Of a stretch of 64,000 nt of DNA, positions 50,795 to 63,933 are shown one piece after another. Made by a program: the position numbers and the translations under genes. The number at the start of each line of letters is the position of its first letter. The first letter of the stretch is position 1. The stretch covers positions 121,334,001 through 121,398,000 of the forward strand of contig JANJGN010000016.1 of assembly GCA_026770705.1 (NCBI GenBank). The letters are read 5' to 3'. Source of the stretch: Isurus oxyrinchus. Lineage: Eukaryota. The notes under the pieces were generated by a model. That model saw only the letters and a list, made by a program, of their open reading frames with translations. It did not search any database and had not been told where the DNA came from.

Positions 50795-51761
50795 GTATGT
50801 CTTTAACTATTTGGAGTTCAGATCTTTTTGTGCTTATATTTCCAGCAGTGTTCTCAAATGCAGTGTGAAACGTGTGTATTTTATGGGCTTTAGGTGACCA
50901 GGTGAACAGGTTTCAATAGAAGAAAGATGGGAAAGTTTGTGGCAATCTAGGTTGAATTCTTCAGTGAATTGCCTAGCTCTCATTTATATGGGAAAGGCAC
51001 AGAGAGGTGAATGAAGTTAGGACCTGCAAGGACACATATTTAATAGCTTCTTTTAAGTATCAATTTTAAAATGCAGGGAATTCAGTTCAACAAGGCTTTA
51101 GTTCTCACCATGAGTATAATGATAGATGTTACTGCTGTAAATCCCTCCGAACTCTGGTCATGCACTGTGTATTTTTTGATAGGCCCTTTATTAGACTCTT
51201 GCCTGTTGTGACATGTTTAGTTCCATGAATGCAAGATTAGTTCTTTGAAGGCTTGAATTTAATGAATGAAAATAATGATGTTAAAGAATTATCTCTGCAC
51301 TGACTACGTTCCTTTTGTCATGTCTTAATAATAGCTTGTCATTAGCAACAATGAACGCCAAGAATGTGACAATTGAAAGAAAAATCTGTGTTTTTCCTTA
51401 GAATATTTTCTTCCACCTATAGTTAAAGCTATTTCTGTCTGATGCGGTTACTCATACCTACAACAGCCCCTGTAAGAGTCTGGTAAAACTTTAAAGAGTT
51501 CTGCTCCACTTATTTTTAACACTGAAAGCCGGAAATAATGAGTCTTATATTACAGAACAATGTAGTAAAGTACTATTGCTTTAAGTATAATATATTCTGT
51601 ATGTTCATTGAAATGCATTACCACTGACATATTTAATTGTGCAAGATGCTCAGAATTAGTCAATGGACTTCAGTGTTTGTCAGGTTTCAGAGGTGTTGGT
51701 AATATTTGTATAATAGGCATGTGCTTCTTTTTTTAATCACATTTATGTTGATTCTACACAG

Positions 51762-51869
51762 CGCAAAGGACATAAAGCATCGTCTTGGCTTCTTGCTGCC
51801 AAAAGCAGAGACATTGAGTGATCACAGCTCAGCACCTGTCAAGAAGGACAAAACAGGTTCAACTCACAG
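51762..51869 (+). CDS. rgs4: RGS4-like coding exon 2
   Basis: CAG acceptor; (S)AKDIKHRLGFLLPKAETLSDHSSAPVKKDKTGSTH; donor AG|GTAATT; 108 nt keeps the phase. Confidence 0.92.
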
Positions 51870-53162
51870 GTAATTGTCTCCCTGAAACCATTTCAGACAC
51901 CAAGCAATGCCCAGTTTTGCACTGCTCTTTAAAATGTGATGTACAGATGCAATGAGCAGAAAAGAAGATTCATTTGTATCTGTGTTTTTCTTTATTTCTT
52001 GCTTCCGTTTTTTTTTAAGACATGCTGTGAATCCCCATGCTAGTTTCTATGAATACAAGCAAGCCATTTGCGTCCTGCATTATTCCCCTTTTCATGCCAC
52101 TCTTTGATCTCCCTTGGCCAGCTCTTATCCAGCCACAAATCCATGACCCTCACCCCAGGAGAAAGTCATATGATTCATGACTCTCAAAGTCAAGCGAGTT
52201 GAAAAAGTCAATATTAAAAAATCAAGTAGATTGATTTTACTCATATTCCTTGAAAACCAGTGAGAGTAATCAGATAATAAACAACTGAATGGGCAGGGTG
52301 GAGTGGAGTTCGCATTTTATTCTCACCCCACCCCCCGCCACACCTCCCAACATTAGTTACCTAGTTCACTGGTGATAGAATGCCCCTTATATATACAGTC
52401 AGGTTTTCTGCTACAGAGGTGTGAAAAGCACACCTTAATCCATTCATTAGAAGATAACTTATGTAGAACCCACTTCAATATCACTGTTGTTCTCAAATAT
52501 AATGCTACCCTGACCCTATCCTTACTGGCTGCCTGCTCATTGATAATGATACTATTTGAGTCTTTATCACCAATTATTCAACAAATATAAAGAATCTTAC
52601 TTACTATCTTCAGTCATCCTGGTACAATGTGAATGTTCAGTATTGCCCAGGAGCATTGCCATGCCCTGTCTTTACAAAGAACTCCTGTTGAGTTTTGACC
52701 ATACCAATGGATTGAGACAGTTACATTGAGAAGGATGAGAATAGTCTGAATGTAGTCTTCATGTAGTACTGTGACAGACTGGAGAGTTTTCATTTTCCCC
52801 CTGGAATTTCCAGTAATATGGAGCTAAACTGAGCACGTTAGGAGAGCTGGGAAATACCACTGCAAACTCATAAAGAGCAAAAATGTGCTTCCTTACCCCC
52901 ACCCCACCCCGCCGGCCCCAACCACCCTCTGCATCTATGTTCTCTCCTGTCTGGAAGGCATTTACTCTTGTTGGGGTTTGGTTGCAATATTGGCCTCTGC
53001 AGCTCGCTGGTAACTCACCTAACCAGCCATTCATTACCTGAGGCCAGGCAACGAGTGTCTGGCAGCCTCTTCAACTGGGGTGGAAGGAGGGGGAGTGGGG
53101 AAACTAGCCACAGAGGGCAGCATCTTTCCAATTGTTGATTATTCCCATTGCTTTGCTGTTCT

Positions 53163-56100
53163 TTGTAGATCTCAACAATAGCACAGATAGACATTGTAGA
53201 TCTCAACAATAGCGCAGATAGTCATTGTAGATCTCAACAATAGCGCAGATAGCCATTGTAGATATCAACAATAGCGCAGATAGTCTTTGTAGATCTCAAC
53301 AATAGCGCAGATAGCCATTGTAGATATCAACAATAGCGCAGATAGTCATTGTAGATCACAACAATAGCGCAGATAGCTATTGCAGATATCAACAATAGCG
53401 CAGATAGCCGTTGTAGATATCAACAATAGCACAGATAGTCATTGTAGATATCAACAATAGCGCAGATAGCCATTGTAGATATCAACAATAGCGCAGATAG
53501 ACATTGTAGATATCAACAATAGCACAGATAGCCATTGTAGATATCAACAATAGCGCAGATAGCCATTGTAGATATCAACAATAGCGCAGATAGCTGTTGT
53601 AGATATCAACAATAGCACAGATAGTCATTGTAGATATCAACAATAGCGCAGATAGCCATTGTAGATATCAACAATACCGCAGATAGCCGTTGTAGATATC
53701 AACAATAGCGCAGATAGCTGTTGTAGATATCAACAATAGCACAGATAGTCATTGTAGATATCAACAATAGCGCAGATAGCCGTTGCGGATATCAACAATA
53801 GCGCAGATAGCCGTTGTAGATATCAACAATAGCGCAGATAGTCATTGTAGATCTCAACAATAGCGCAGATAGTCAGTGTAGATATCAACAATACCGCAGA
53901 TAGCCATTGTAGATATCAACAATAGCGCAGATAGCTGTTGTAGATATCAACAATAGCACAGATAGTCATTGTAGATAGCAACAATAGCGCAGATAGCCGT
54001 TGTAGATATCAACAATAGCGCAGATAGCTGTTGTAGATATCAACAATAGCGCAGATAGCTATTGCAGATATCAACAATAGCGCAGATAGCCGTTGCAGAT
54101 ATCAACAATAGCGCAGATAGCTATTGCAGATATCGACAATAGCGCAGATAGCCGTTGCAGATATCAACAATAGCGCAGATAGCCGTTGCAGATATCAACA
54201 ATAGCGCAGATAGCCGTTGTAGATATCAACAATAGCGCAGATAGCCGTTGTAGATCTCAACAATAGCGCAGATAGCTATTGCAGATATCAACAATAGCGC
54301 AGATAGCCGTTGCAGATATCAACAATAGCGCAGATAGTCATTGTAGATCTCAACAATAGCACAGATAGCTATTGCAGATATCAACAATAGCGCAGATAGC
54401 TATTGCAGATATCAACAATAGCGCAGATAGCCGTTGCGGATATCAACAATAGTGCAGATAGCTGTTGTAGATATCAACAATAGCGCAGATAGCCATTGTA
54501 GATATCAACAATAGTGCAGATAGCTGTTGTAGATATCAACAATAGCGCAGATAGCCGTTGCGGATATCAACAATAGTGCAGATAGCCATTGTAGATATCA
54601 ACAATAGTGCAGATAGCCATTGTAGATCTCAACAATAGCGCAGATAGCTATTGCAGATCTCAACAATAGCGCAGATAGCTATTGCAGATATCAACAATAG
54701 CGCAGATAGCTATTGCAGATATCAACAATAGCGCAGATAGCCATTGCAGATATCAACAATAGCACAGACAGCCATTGTAGATATCAACAATAGCACAGAC
54801 AGCCATTGTAGATATCAACAATAGCACAGATAGTCATTGTAGATCTCAACAATAGCACAGATAGTCATTGTAGATCTCAACAATAGCGCAGATAGCCGTT
54901 GTAGATATCAACAATAGCGCAGATAGCTATTGCAGATATCAACAATAACGCAGATAGCCGTTGCGGATATCAACAATAGCACAGATAGCCGTTGTAGATA
55001 TCAACAATAGCGCAGATAGCCGTTGTAGATATCAACAATAGCGCAGATAGCCATTGTAGATATCAACAATAGCGCAGATAGCCATTGTAGATATCAACAA
55101 TAGCGCAGATAGTCGTTGTAGATATCAACAATAGCGCAGATAGTCATTGTAGATCTCAACAATAGCGCAGATAGTCATTGTAGATATCAACAATACCGCA
55201 GATAGCCATTGTAGATATCAACAATAGCGCAGATAGCTGTTGTAGATATCAACAATAGCACAGATAGTCATTGTAGATAGCAACAATAGCGCAGATAGCC
55301 GTTGTAGATATCAACAATAGCGCAGATAGCTGTTGTAGATATCAACAATAGCGCAGATAGCTATTGCAGATATCAACAATAGCGCAGATAGCCGTTGCAG
55401 ATATCAACAATAGCGCAGATAGCCGTTGCAGATATCAACAATAGCGCAGATAGCTATTGCAGATATCGACAATAGCGCAGATAGCCGTTGCAGATATCAA
55501 CAATAGCGCAGATAGCCGTTGCAGATATCAACAATAGCGCAGATAGCCGTTGTAGATATCAACAATAGCGCAGATAGCCGTTGTAGATCTCAACAATAGC
55601 GCAGATAGCTATTGCAGATATCAACAATAGCGCAGATAGCCGTTGCAGATATCAACAATAGCGCAGATAGTCATTGTAGATCTCAACAATAGCACAGATA
55701 GCTATTGCAGATATCAACAATAGCGCAGATAGCTATTGCAGATATCAACAATAGCGCAGATAGCCGTTGCGGATATCAACAATAGTGCAGATAGCTGTTG
55801 TAGATATCAACAATAGCGCAGATAGCCATTGTAGATATCAACAATAGTGCAGATAGCTGTTGTAGATATCAACAATAGCACAGATAGCCGTTGCGGATAT
55901 CAACAATAGTGCAGATAGCCATTGTAGATATCAACAATAGTGCAGATAGCCATTGTAGATCTCAACAATAGCGCAGATAGCTATTGCAGATCTCAACAAT
56001 AGCGCAGATAGCTATTGCAGATATCAACAATAGCGCAGATAGCTATTGCAGATATCAACAATAGCGCAGATAGCCATTGCAGATATCAACAATAGCACAG

Positions 56101-57133
56101 ATAGCCATTGTAGATATCAACAATAGCACAGACAGCCATTGTAGATATCAACAATAGCACAGATAGTCATTGTAGATCTCAACAATAGCACAGATAGTCA
56201 TTGTAGATCTCAACAATAGCGCAGATAGCCGTTGTAGATATCAACAATAGCGCAGATAGCTATTGCAGATATCAACAATAACGCAGATAGCCGTTGCGGA
56301 TATCAACAATAGCACAGATAGCCGTTGTAGATATCAACAATAGCGCAGATAGCCATTGTAGATATCAACAATAGCGCAGATAGCCATTGTAGATATCAAC
56401 AATAGCGCAGATAGCCATTGTAGATATCAACAATAGCGCAGATAGTCATTGTAGATATCAACAATAGCGCAGATAGTCATTGCAGATATCAACAATAGCA
56501 CAGATAGTCGTTGTAGATCTCAACAATAGCACAGATAGCCATTGTAGATATCAACAATAGCGCAGATAGCCATTGTAGATATCAACAATAGCGCAGATAG
56601 TCATTGTAGATATCAATAATAGCGCAGATAGTCATTGCAGATATCAACAATAGCACAGATAGTCGTTGCAGATCTCAACAATAGCACAGATAGCCATTGT
56701 AGATATCAACAATAGCGCAGATAGCCATTGTAGATATCAACAATAGCACAGATAGCTGTTGTAGATATCAACAATAGCGCAGATAGTCATTGTAGATCTC
56801 AACACTAGCGCAGATAGTCGTTGTAGATATCAACAATAGCGCAGATAGCCGTTGCAGCTATCAACAATAGCGCAGATAGCCATTGCAGATATCAACAATA
56901 GCACAGATAGCCGTTGCAGATATCAACAATAGCACAGATAGCCGTTGTAGATATCAACAATAGCGCAGATAGCCGTTGTAGATATCAACAATAGCGCAGA
57001 TAGCCATTGTAGATATCAACAATAGCGCAGATAGCCATTGTAGATATCAACAATAGCGCAGATAGCCATTGTAGATATCAACAATAGCACAGATAGACAT
57101 TGTAGATATCAACAATAGCACAGATAGCTATTG
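53163..57133. repeat. Intronic tandem satellite, 31-bp unit, about 128 copies
   Basis: Unit TTGTAGATATCAACAATAGCGCAGATAGCCA with variation at a few fixed positions; first two units start at 53163 and 53194. Confidence 0.98.
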
Positions 57134-57678
57134 GTAAAGCAATGGACTAGTGAGATGAAGAGCCTGTGCAAGTGAATAGGTTTTGAGTGAGTTCAAATTC
57201 TACTTTTTAACTACTGAGATTTGACTGGCTGTTAACACAACTGGGATCTGACTGGCTGTTAACACAAGCTTTGTTGAAGAATCATTTGCGTACTGAAGAA
57301 TTGTTAGAACATTAGCTGAATAATTTATGTCTTTGCCATTTTCTACATTCTGTGAAATGTATCTATTTCTGAGCATCTGAATCCAATTTCAGTGTACAAT
57401 GTTATCATAAAGACCAGTGAAAAAATACTTTTAATGTGGGATTGGCACATTTGCAGAATTTTCTCTGCAGATTCAAGGGATAGATAAATGAACACTAATT
57501 CCTGTTGAAGGTGGTTATTTACATTTCCAAGGAAATAATATTTAAGCTATGGTTTTACATTTATTTTATACAATCACCTCACCAGTATTGATTAGTTGGA
57601 TGAAATCCTTTGGGATAGTTTATTGTGTGAATAGATTTGGCCACTAATTGATTATTCTCTTTCTCTTTCTCTGATTAG

Positions 57679-57740
57679 ACTCAATAGCGAAGAAGTTAAG
57701 AAATGGGGTGAATCTTTGCTACAACTAATATCTCATAGAC
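57679..57740 (+). CDS. rgs4: RGS4-like coding exon 3
   Basis: Pyrimidine tract and TAG acceptor; (R)LNSEEVKKWGESLLQLISHR; donor GTAAGT; 62 nt. Confidence 0.92.
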
Positions 57741-59010
57741 GTAAGTAGATCTTTAAAAAAATCACACTTGCTAATATTGACATATTATTTGTCAATATTT
57801 AGTGCTACAGGATTTGCTTCAAAACAAAGCAAAGTCCTGGCAAATGGAAGCAGCTGGAAGATTCATCTGAATGAGTTGATGTATAAGCCATTAGGTTCTG
57901 AACTATTATCGGCAAAGACCTAATAACCTGTCCAGTCATTCATTTCAGGTGGTTAATATTGCAGTATACAAAGCCTTTCAGAAATCACAGGCTTTGTAAG
58001 AAGTCATCATTTATTGCTAAAAAGCTTCTCTCTAGTAATTCTCCAAAATCCCAATAGCATGCAGTTATTAAAATTAATTACCATATACTTTCATTTAAGA
58101 TTTATATTCGCCCTGATAAAAAATATTCAAACCATTTGTGGTAATAAAATGATCCTGTTTTCTCATGTGGCTGTCAAAATTAGAGTTTAAAATTGACTGC
58201 CCTCTATCTACGAAGCTTCTAATGCATTCCACTGGAGTAATTGATGTATAGCACTGGCATTATTGAGGTACCTCAATGGGTCTGATGATTTATTCCACTG
58301 AGGTTATTGTGGTAACTCACTGGGGTTATTGAGGTATTCCACTGGTCGGGCAGCTCATTTCATTGCTTAAATTCGTTTTTAACAGGCCTTTGACAGTTCT
58401 GCGGGTGCATAGCCCACTCAGCTGCGCACCCGCTGAACTGGAAATCTGAATGACATGCGGTGATGTCAGGGTGCCCGCCATTGGCCAGCGGACCCCTCCC
58501 CCGCTTGCCAACTGGAGAATTCAGGCCCGAGGGTAAGCTCTTGGCACGAGATCTCTGGCAAGCTTCGTCCTCACTTTGAGGGATTGCTAGAGAGAGAGAG
58601 AGAGATAGAGAGAATGATCTTACTAAGGTTATCAAAATGCTCTGTATGATTTGAACCCAAATGGTTGCTTAGAAACCCAAACTGCATTCAGAAACATGAC
58701 AAAATCAGCCTAATTGTATTTTCCAGCATAACTCATTGTTTAGACAAGATACAATGTCTTTCCACCAGGACATGCTTATAATAACTGGTGTCAGTTTATA
58801 TCACTACAGAGAATTAGTTCAAAAATAGCCTTGAGGAAAAAGGAATCAATTGCTAAATGCTGAGAATCTACACCCAGATGCTCACTTATTTAAGTATAAA
58901 TTTAACTTTTTTTTTATTATCAGTTAATCTGACACTGTTTCTATCCTCAAGTTAAGGACTTAATTCCAGGAAGGAAAGAACTCTGATAGGAAGAACATGT
59001 TTAAAAATGT

Positions 59011-59200
59011 ACAAAAACAAAAATAGCTGGAAAAACTCAGCAGGTCTGACAGCATCTACGGACAGGAACACAGTTAACATTTTGACTCAAAACGTTAACT
59101 GTGTTCCTCTCCGCAGAAGCTGTCAGACCTGCTGAGTTTTTCCAGCTATTTTTGTTTTTGTTTCAGATTTCCAGCATCCGCAGTATTTTGCTTTTATGCT
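59011..59200. repeat. Penelope-derived foldback: 151-bp inverted repeat (59011-59161) plus tail
   Basis: ACAAAAACAAAAATAGCTGGAAAAACTCAGCAGGTCTGACAGC and its reverse complement, centred on 59086. Related pieces at ~22170-22235, 22500-22610, 41770-41960 and 43450-43600. Confidence 0.85.
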
Positions 59201-59258
59201 TAAAAGTGTGCTGTCTTTAAAAAAAGTTTCTCTCCATTTCTTCATGAATGGGAGGAAG

Positions 59259-59936
59259 TGTGCTGAATGTTCCTGCCCGTTGGAGGCAGGCTGGGAGGTG
59301 GGAGGCTTGGCAAAATGGTAGGGAAGGCATTGGGAGGAGTGCCCGACATTTTCCTGCAGCCAGGGTATATTGCCAGCAGTGCCCAACTGAGCCACCTAAT
59401 GGTCCGATTAAGGGCCACTTCCTGGCCCTGGCCATTTTGCCCACATCAGGAGCATCCACCACCATGTGGGGATTCCGTCAGGGAAACCCTGGTGGCCTCA
59501 TTGTTGCTTTGCAGGTTTGGCTCTCCTTGATGGATGCTCTCTGTCCCACAGAAGGGGCCCCTGGCTGAATCGGTTGCCCTTTGCCTAACACGATAATGGT
59601 GTGCCACAAGGTGACTGCCCGCAGGGTTTGACCCCGGCTTCCTCAAAGAAAATTACATGTTTTTGAGGGTGCCTCGGCCTTGAGGCACACACTCAGCCTG
59701 GTGGTGCGATCCCAGCAATGACCACCGCTAGCTGATGAGGTTGCTGAGATTGGGTTCAGTCTCCTGATTAGGCTGCCAGCTCTAGGGGCCTGACCACTGT
59801 CCTCAATTGGATGGAGACCTTTGAATAGGTCTCCAGCAACAAAATGTTGCCCCAAGATCCTGCCCACTGAAGTGGGTGCGACTCCCACTTTGGGACCCGG
59901 CAGCAGGACTTCCAGCTCCTTCAGAAGATTCGGTCC
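59259..59936. mobile_element. Degenerate GC-rich MITE-like element in intron 3
   Basis: Ends GTGCTGAATGTT / AAGATTCGGTCC resemble the TIR family; CCGATTAAGG and CTCAATTGG subterminal motifs. Confidence 0.45.
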
Positions 59937-61771
59937 AGTTAATACTATTGACAGTATCTTCTCTTACTGGCTCTGGTAGCCACACAAAAGCAGAGTCAAG
60001 CTTTTTTGGCAGTTACTTATTCTTGGGAACCACACCTTTGCCTCAAGCTAGTCATCAACTTGAATCCATACATGTGTATTTCCCTAGTGGACACTGGATA
60101 GTGGGAATATTGGCTCCCACTTTCTAATTGGGAGACCTTGGGATCAAGTTCTGTGAACCCACTGCTGTCTGAGCTAGAATTGGTAAGCCCACAATAATTT
60201 AACTTGAAAGCTTTCCCGTGCTGTTTAACTTGCTCTCACACGTTGCTTCTACCCACTGGGCCCCTGGTGGGTTTTTTGAGAGGCCCTGTCTTCTAGTGGG
60301 AGTGTTCTTCTGGTTTTTCTCTCTTCCCCTGACCAAAAAATATATCATTTGTCAAACGTTTTATCTTTAAAAGATGGTGTCCCTTTAAAAGAAAAACAAG
60401 CTGATGACCATTTTTACTTGTGGTAGAGGAGTAAAATCTGGGTTATGTCTATTTTTTACAGCGTGATTAGAAGTCACATAGTGCAACCTTAGTTCATCTG
60501 GTGACAGGCTGCAGCTGTCACTTCAAAGTGAAGCCTAGGTCCTCCCTTCCTTCACTGGCTGCAAGAAATGGGATGCAATGTTTCATCTGGCAGCCCAAGT
60601 TTAGTCACCAGGGAGCCCCACACAGCTCGGTGCCAATGAGAGACCTTCCCATGCTCCAGACTGGATGTACGTGTAAGCCGTCAGCTCTGGAGGCCTATAG
60701 GCAGGATGCTTGTTTGTGTTGACAGCTGTCCTGATCATCAAGGGCCATGTGGCAGATGCTACTTCACATCTGGGTAACTGGCCTCTTGGGATTTTACTGT
60801 CAACCACAGAACAGCCTTGCTTTGATTCCCAACAATCTATTCAGAGGCATGGCCACCATGAGGGTCACTTACTGCTCAATCCTCCTTGGACAGAATCTAT
60901 GAACCGATGTTATATTCATATATAGAGTGCATTAAGAGTTGTTTGAAGATGTGTGCTTGAGTGCAAATGAGCAACAAGTCCCGATGTGCTTTCCTGTAAT
61001 CTCTGCAGCCCACAGTCTTGTGCCTAGTCTTCCAAAACAACTGAAGTTGCAAATGAGCATGAATAAAAAGCCACGTTCCAGAGGCTTGTTTTTTAAAGAG
61101 CTGAATTATAATTTAACATCACTGTATTTTTTTCTACTTCTGTTTTAAATTGTCCTTGTACACTTGAGCAGATTGCATGCCCAAGCTGGCAGTAAATAGG
61201 TGAAATCAATGATATTTTTATTTGAAAGGGAAACAATAGGGTATGTGCAAAGAATGAGAAGCACCGTTTTACTGCGATTTGTTATCCCATCCATTCAGAG
61301 GCATGTGACAAAGGACCTTGTCTTGCTTTAGTTGTTGCATTGTGCAATGGACTGTTAATGAAAATCTGGCATCCCCATTTCTCAAATTGCATTTACTGAT
61401 TGATTGGACCAAGTAAGCTCAAAACTGACATGTTGGGGTAGATTTGGCTTTTTGTGATAGTGTTAGAGGGCAAATTGCAAATGTGTTTCTTCACCCGACA
61501 CTTGAAGGTAGAAATTACTGCTGCAGTTGATATCAATGTATCAAATTCCCCTCTCTCTGCTCTCTTAACTGAAGTGTTACCCCATTTAACATAATTGAGT
61601 TAACACCTCTGTCAAAATAAAGTAAGGTGTTATTTGATGCAAGCACATTAGGCATTTGTGCCAAATTCTGCCTTCTGTAGTTTCTACCCTCTAATTGTCC
61701 ACTAACTGCTGGTAAATTGTCTATTAGTTTCTGTTAAAGCACAAGGCTTCTCATTTCCTTCTCCCCCTCAG

Positions 61772-61938
61772 ATGGCCTTGTCGCATTCACTGAATATCTC
61801 CAGTCCGAGTACAGTGAGGAAAACATCAAGTTCTGGCTGGCATGTGAGGAATACAGAAAATGCAAGTCCCCTGCAAAACTGGCCTCCAAGGCAAAGAAAA
61901 TTTTCAATGAATACATCGCAGTCGAGGCTCCCAGAGAA
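61772..61938 (+). CDS. rgs4: RGS4-like coding exon 4 (RGS domain)
   Basis: CAG acceptor; (H)[55 protein letters not shown]; donor GTAAGT; 167 nt. Confidence 0.96.
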
Positions 61939-62254
61939 GTAAGTCTGCAGTCATGGAGGAAAATTTGGTGGGATAGACATTTTAGTTGGGTAAGCATCTC
62001 AAAGGAGATGGATCAAAGATGGGGTAGTCAATAGAGTTGATGCCCAGATTATTATGAGCTGACTTATGGAGTTGAATAGCCGACTCTTGTTGTGCTATTT
62101 ACTTGTTCCAAGAAAGCATGTGGCTGAAGATGGAGCCCAGTTCTCCTGATAAATTATTCCTTGGGCCTCTTCTCCATTATACAGGTGAGGTAGGATCTAA
62201 CATTCCCCTACCTCAGTGTGTGTTTTAGATTGGAGAAGGATTTTTAAAAATAGA

Positions 62255-62612
62255 ACTTGGTCATACAGCACCTTACATCCTCTGGAAGTCCCAAAGCATT
62301 TCGCATCCAATTAATTACTGTTGAAGCATAGTCACTGGTGTGATATAGGAAAATACAGCAGCCATTCACACAGCAAGGCCCCACAAACAGCAAATGTTTG
62401 GTGACGTTGGTTGAGGGAAAAATGTTGGCAAAGACGCCAGGGAGAAATTCATCAAATAGTGCCATGGGATCTCTTACATCTATCTGAATGGATGGAGCCT
62501 CAGATTAACTTTGCATCCAAAAGTATCACTTTGAACAATGCATCACTCCCTCAATGTTGTGCTGAATTGTCAGCCTAGATTATAAACTCAAACTTTGTGT
62601 AGGTCTTGAACA
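62255..62612 (-). mobile_element. Deu-domain SINE (SacSINE1-like) in intron 4
   Basis: Reverse-complement similarity to 44330-44655 (GATGTAAGAGATCCCATGGCAC; CCCTCAACCAACGTCA) plus an L2-like tail. Confidence 0.7.
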
Positions 62613-63332
62613 TTTTAACACAAGATGCAGAAAATTATTTTTCATTTAATATTTTGGTGAGGCACATTGATACAGTTTTCAGTGAAAATTAACCCCAAGG
62701 TTTGATATTGCATACATATTTAGAAGAAAACCAGCTCTAATCTGCCTCAGCAATGTGCCTTAACCCAGCTTCAGAAGAGCAATTCCCAACTTGCTAGCAT
62801 CATATCTTTCCATCTCTCATGACAAACAATTGTATGAGCTGCACGTGTAAGAGTGGCAGTTTAATGCCAATTTGTGTGCAGTCTTGTGTTGTGTACCTGT
62901 GTCCAATAAGGACCAGTCACAAGCTGATATGGAGAGACATTCACAAAGTGGATCATTTTATCCAACAGTCTACGTTAGTTTCAAATGCAGGTTGTGAAGG
63001 TGACAGGGCACTGAGATACCGCATGGTGCCAGCCAGAGAACTATTCTTCCCCCGAAAACACCAGCCAATAAACTACCATTAAAATAATGCGATAGCTTTA
63101 CTGAAGATGAATAAATGATCATGGTCATTACTGTTTGTAGCTTTTATTGTCCACTATATTGTTTAATAGAGATGTACTTATTGAAATTATTTTATCATGA
63201 TAACTTTGGGATCATAATAAAGCACAATAACAGAACTTGCCAGTAAAAATATCCCCTTTTGCTTCTCAGTTTTGAGTAACAAAGTAGAATTAGTGTTGTG
63301 GTACTGACATACTTTTCCTTTTGGACGTTCAG

Positions 63333-63512
63333 GTGAACTTGGAGTCCCAGGTCAGAGAAAAGACCAGAAAGAATATCCTTGAGCCAACTTCCTCTTGCTT
63401 TGATGAGGCACAGAGCAAGATCCAAACCTTGATGCAGAAAGACTCTTACCCCAGGTTCCTCAAGTCAAAGATCTACTTGGAATTACTGAACCAAACTCAG
63501 GCAAGAAGTTAA
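63333..63512 (+). CDS. rgs4: RGS4-like coding exon 5 with stop
   Basis: CAG acceptor; [59 protein letters not shown]. Exons total 561 nt = 186 aa plus stop. Confidence 0.96.
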   Translation: MNLESQVREKTRKNILEPTSSCFDEAQSKIQTLMQKDSYPRFLKSKIYLELLNQTQARS

Positions 63513-63927
63513 CAAAAGGGCAAACACAAGTGCCTTTGAAGTCTGACCCACAACGCTCACGTGCTTGATTTACCAGGACTATCAACACAAAATTGTTGAT
63601 TATGTGATAAATAATGTCAAAATACTTGTTAGAACATGTTTAAAGGAAAGGTCCAAACTCTTCTTGTCACTGATAGTTATAGCAAATACATTTGACCAAA
63701 ACAACACTTTAATCCCCTGAGAATGAAGTTATCATTTTTGTACCATTGCAGCAACAGATAAGTGTAGAATATTTCAATTTTCCCCAGTAGTATATATAAA
63801 TAGTAATAACTATTTTGTGGTGCCACCTTGTTTTGTGTGTTCATCACAATTTTATGCACAATTAGGCAGACTAATGCTGTCATTGATATCAGGAGATATG
63901 AACAAGTTTCCTTTGTCAATACTATGT

Positions 63928-63933
63928 AATAAA
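63928..63933 (+). terminator. Candidate polyadenylation signal of the RGS gene
   Basis: AATAAA ~415 nt after the stop with T-rich sequence downstream; the true UTR may be longer. Confidence 0.4.

Noticed and set aside
53163-57133. CRISPR array (palindromic ~30-bp repeats)
   Set aside because: Units are head-to-tail with no unique spacers, there are no cas genes, and it lies in a spliceosomal intron.
63321-63332. ORF-track start upstream of the last RGS exon (MDVQ)
   Set aside because: It is the intron's acceptor region (TTGGACGTTCAG); the exon starts at 63333.
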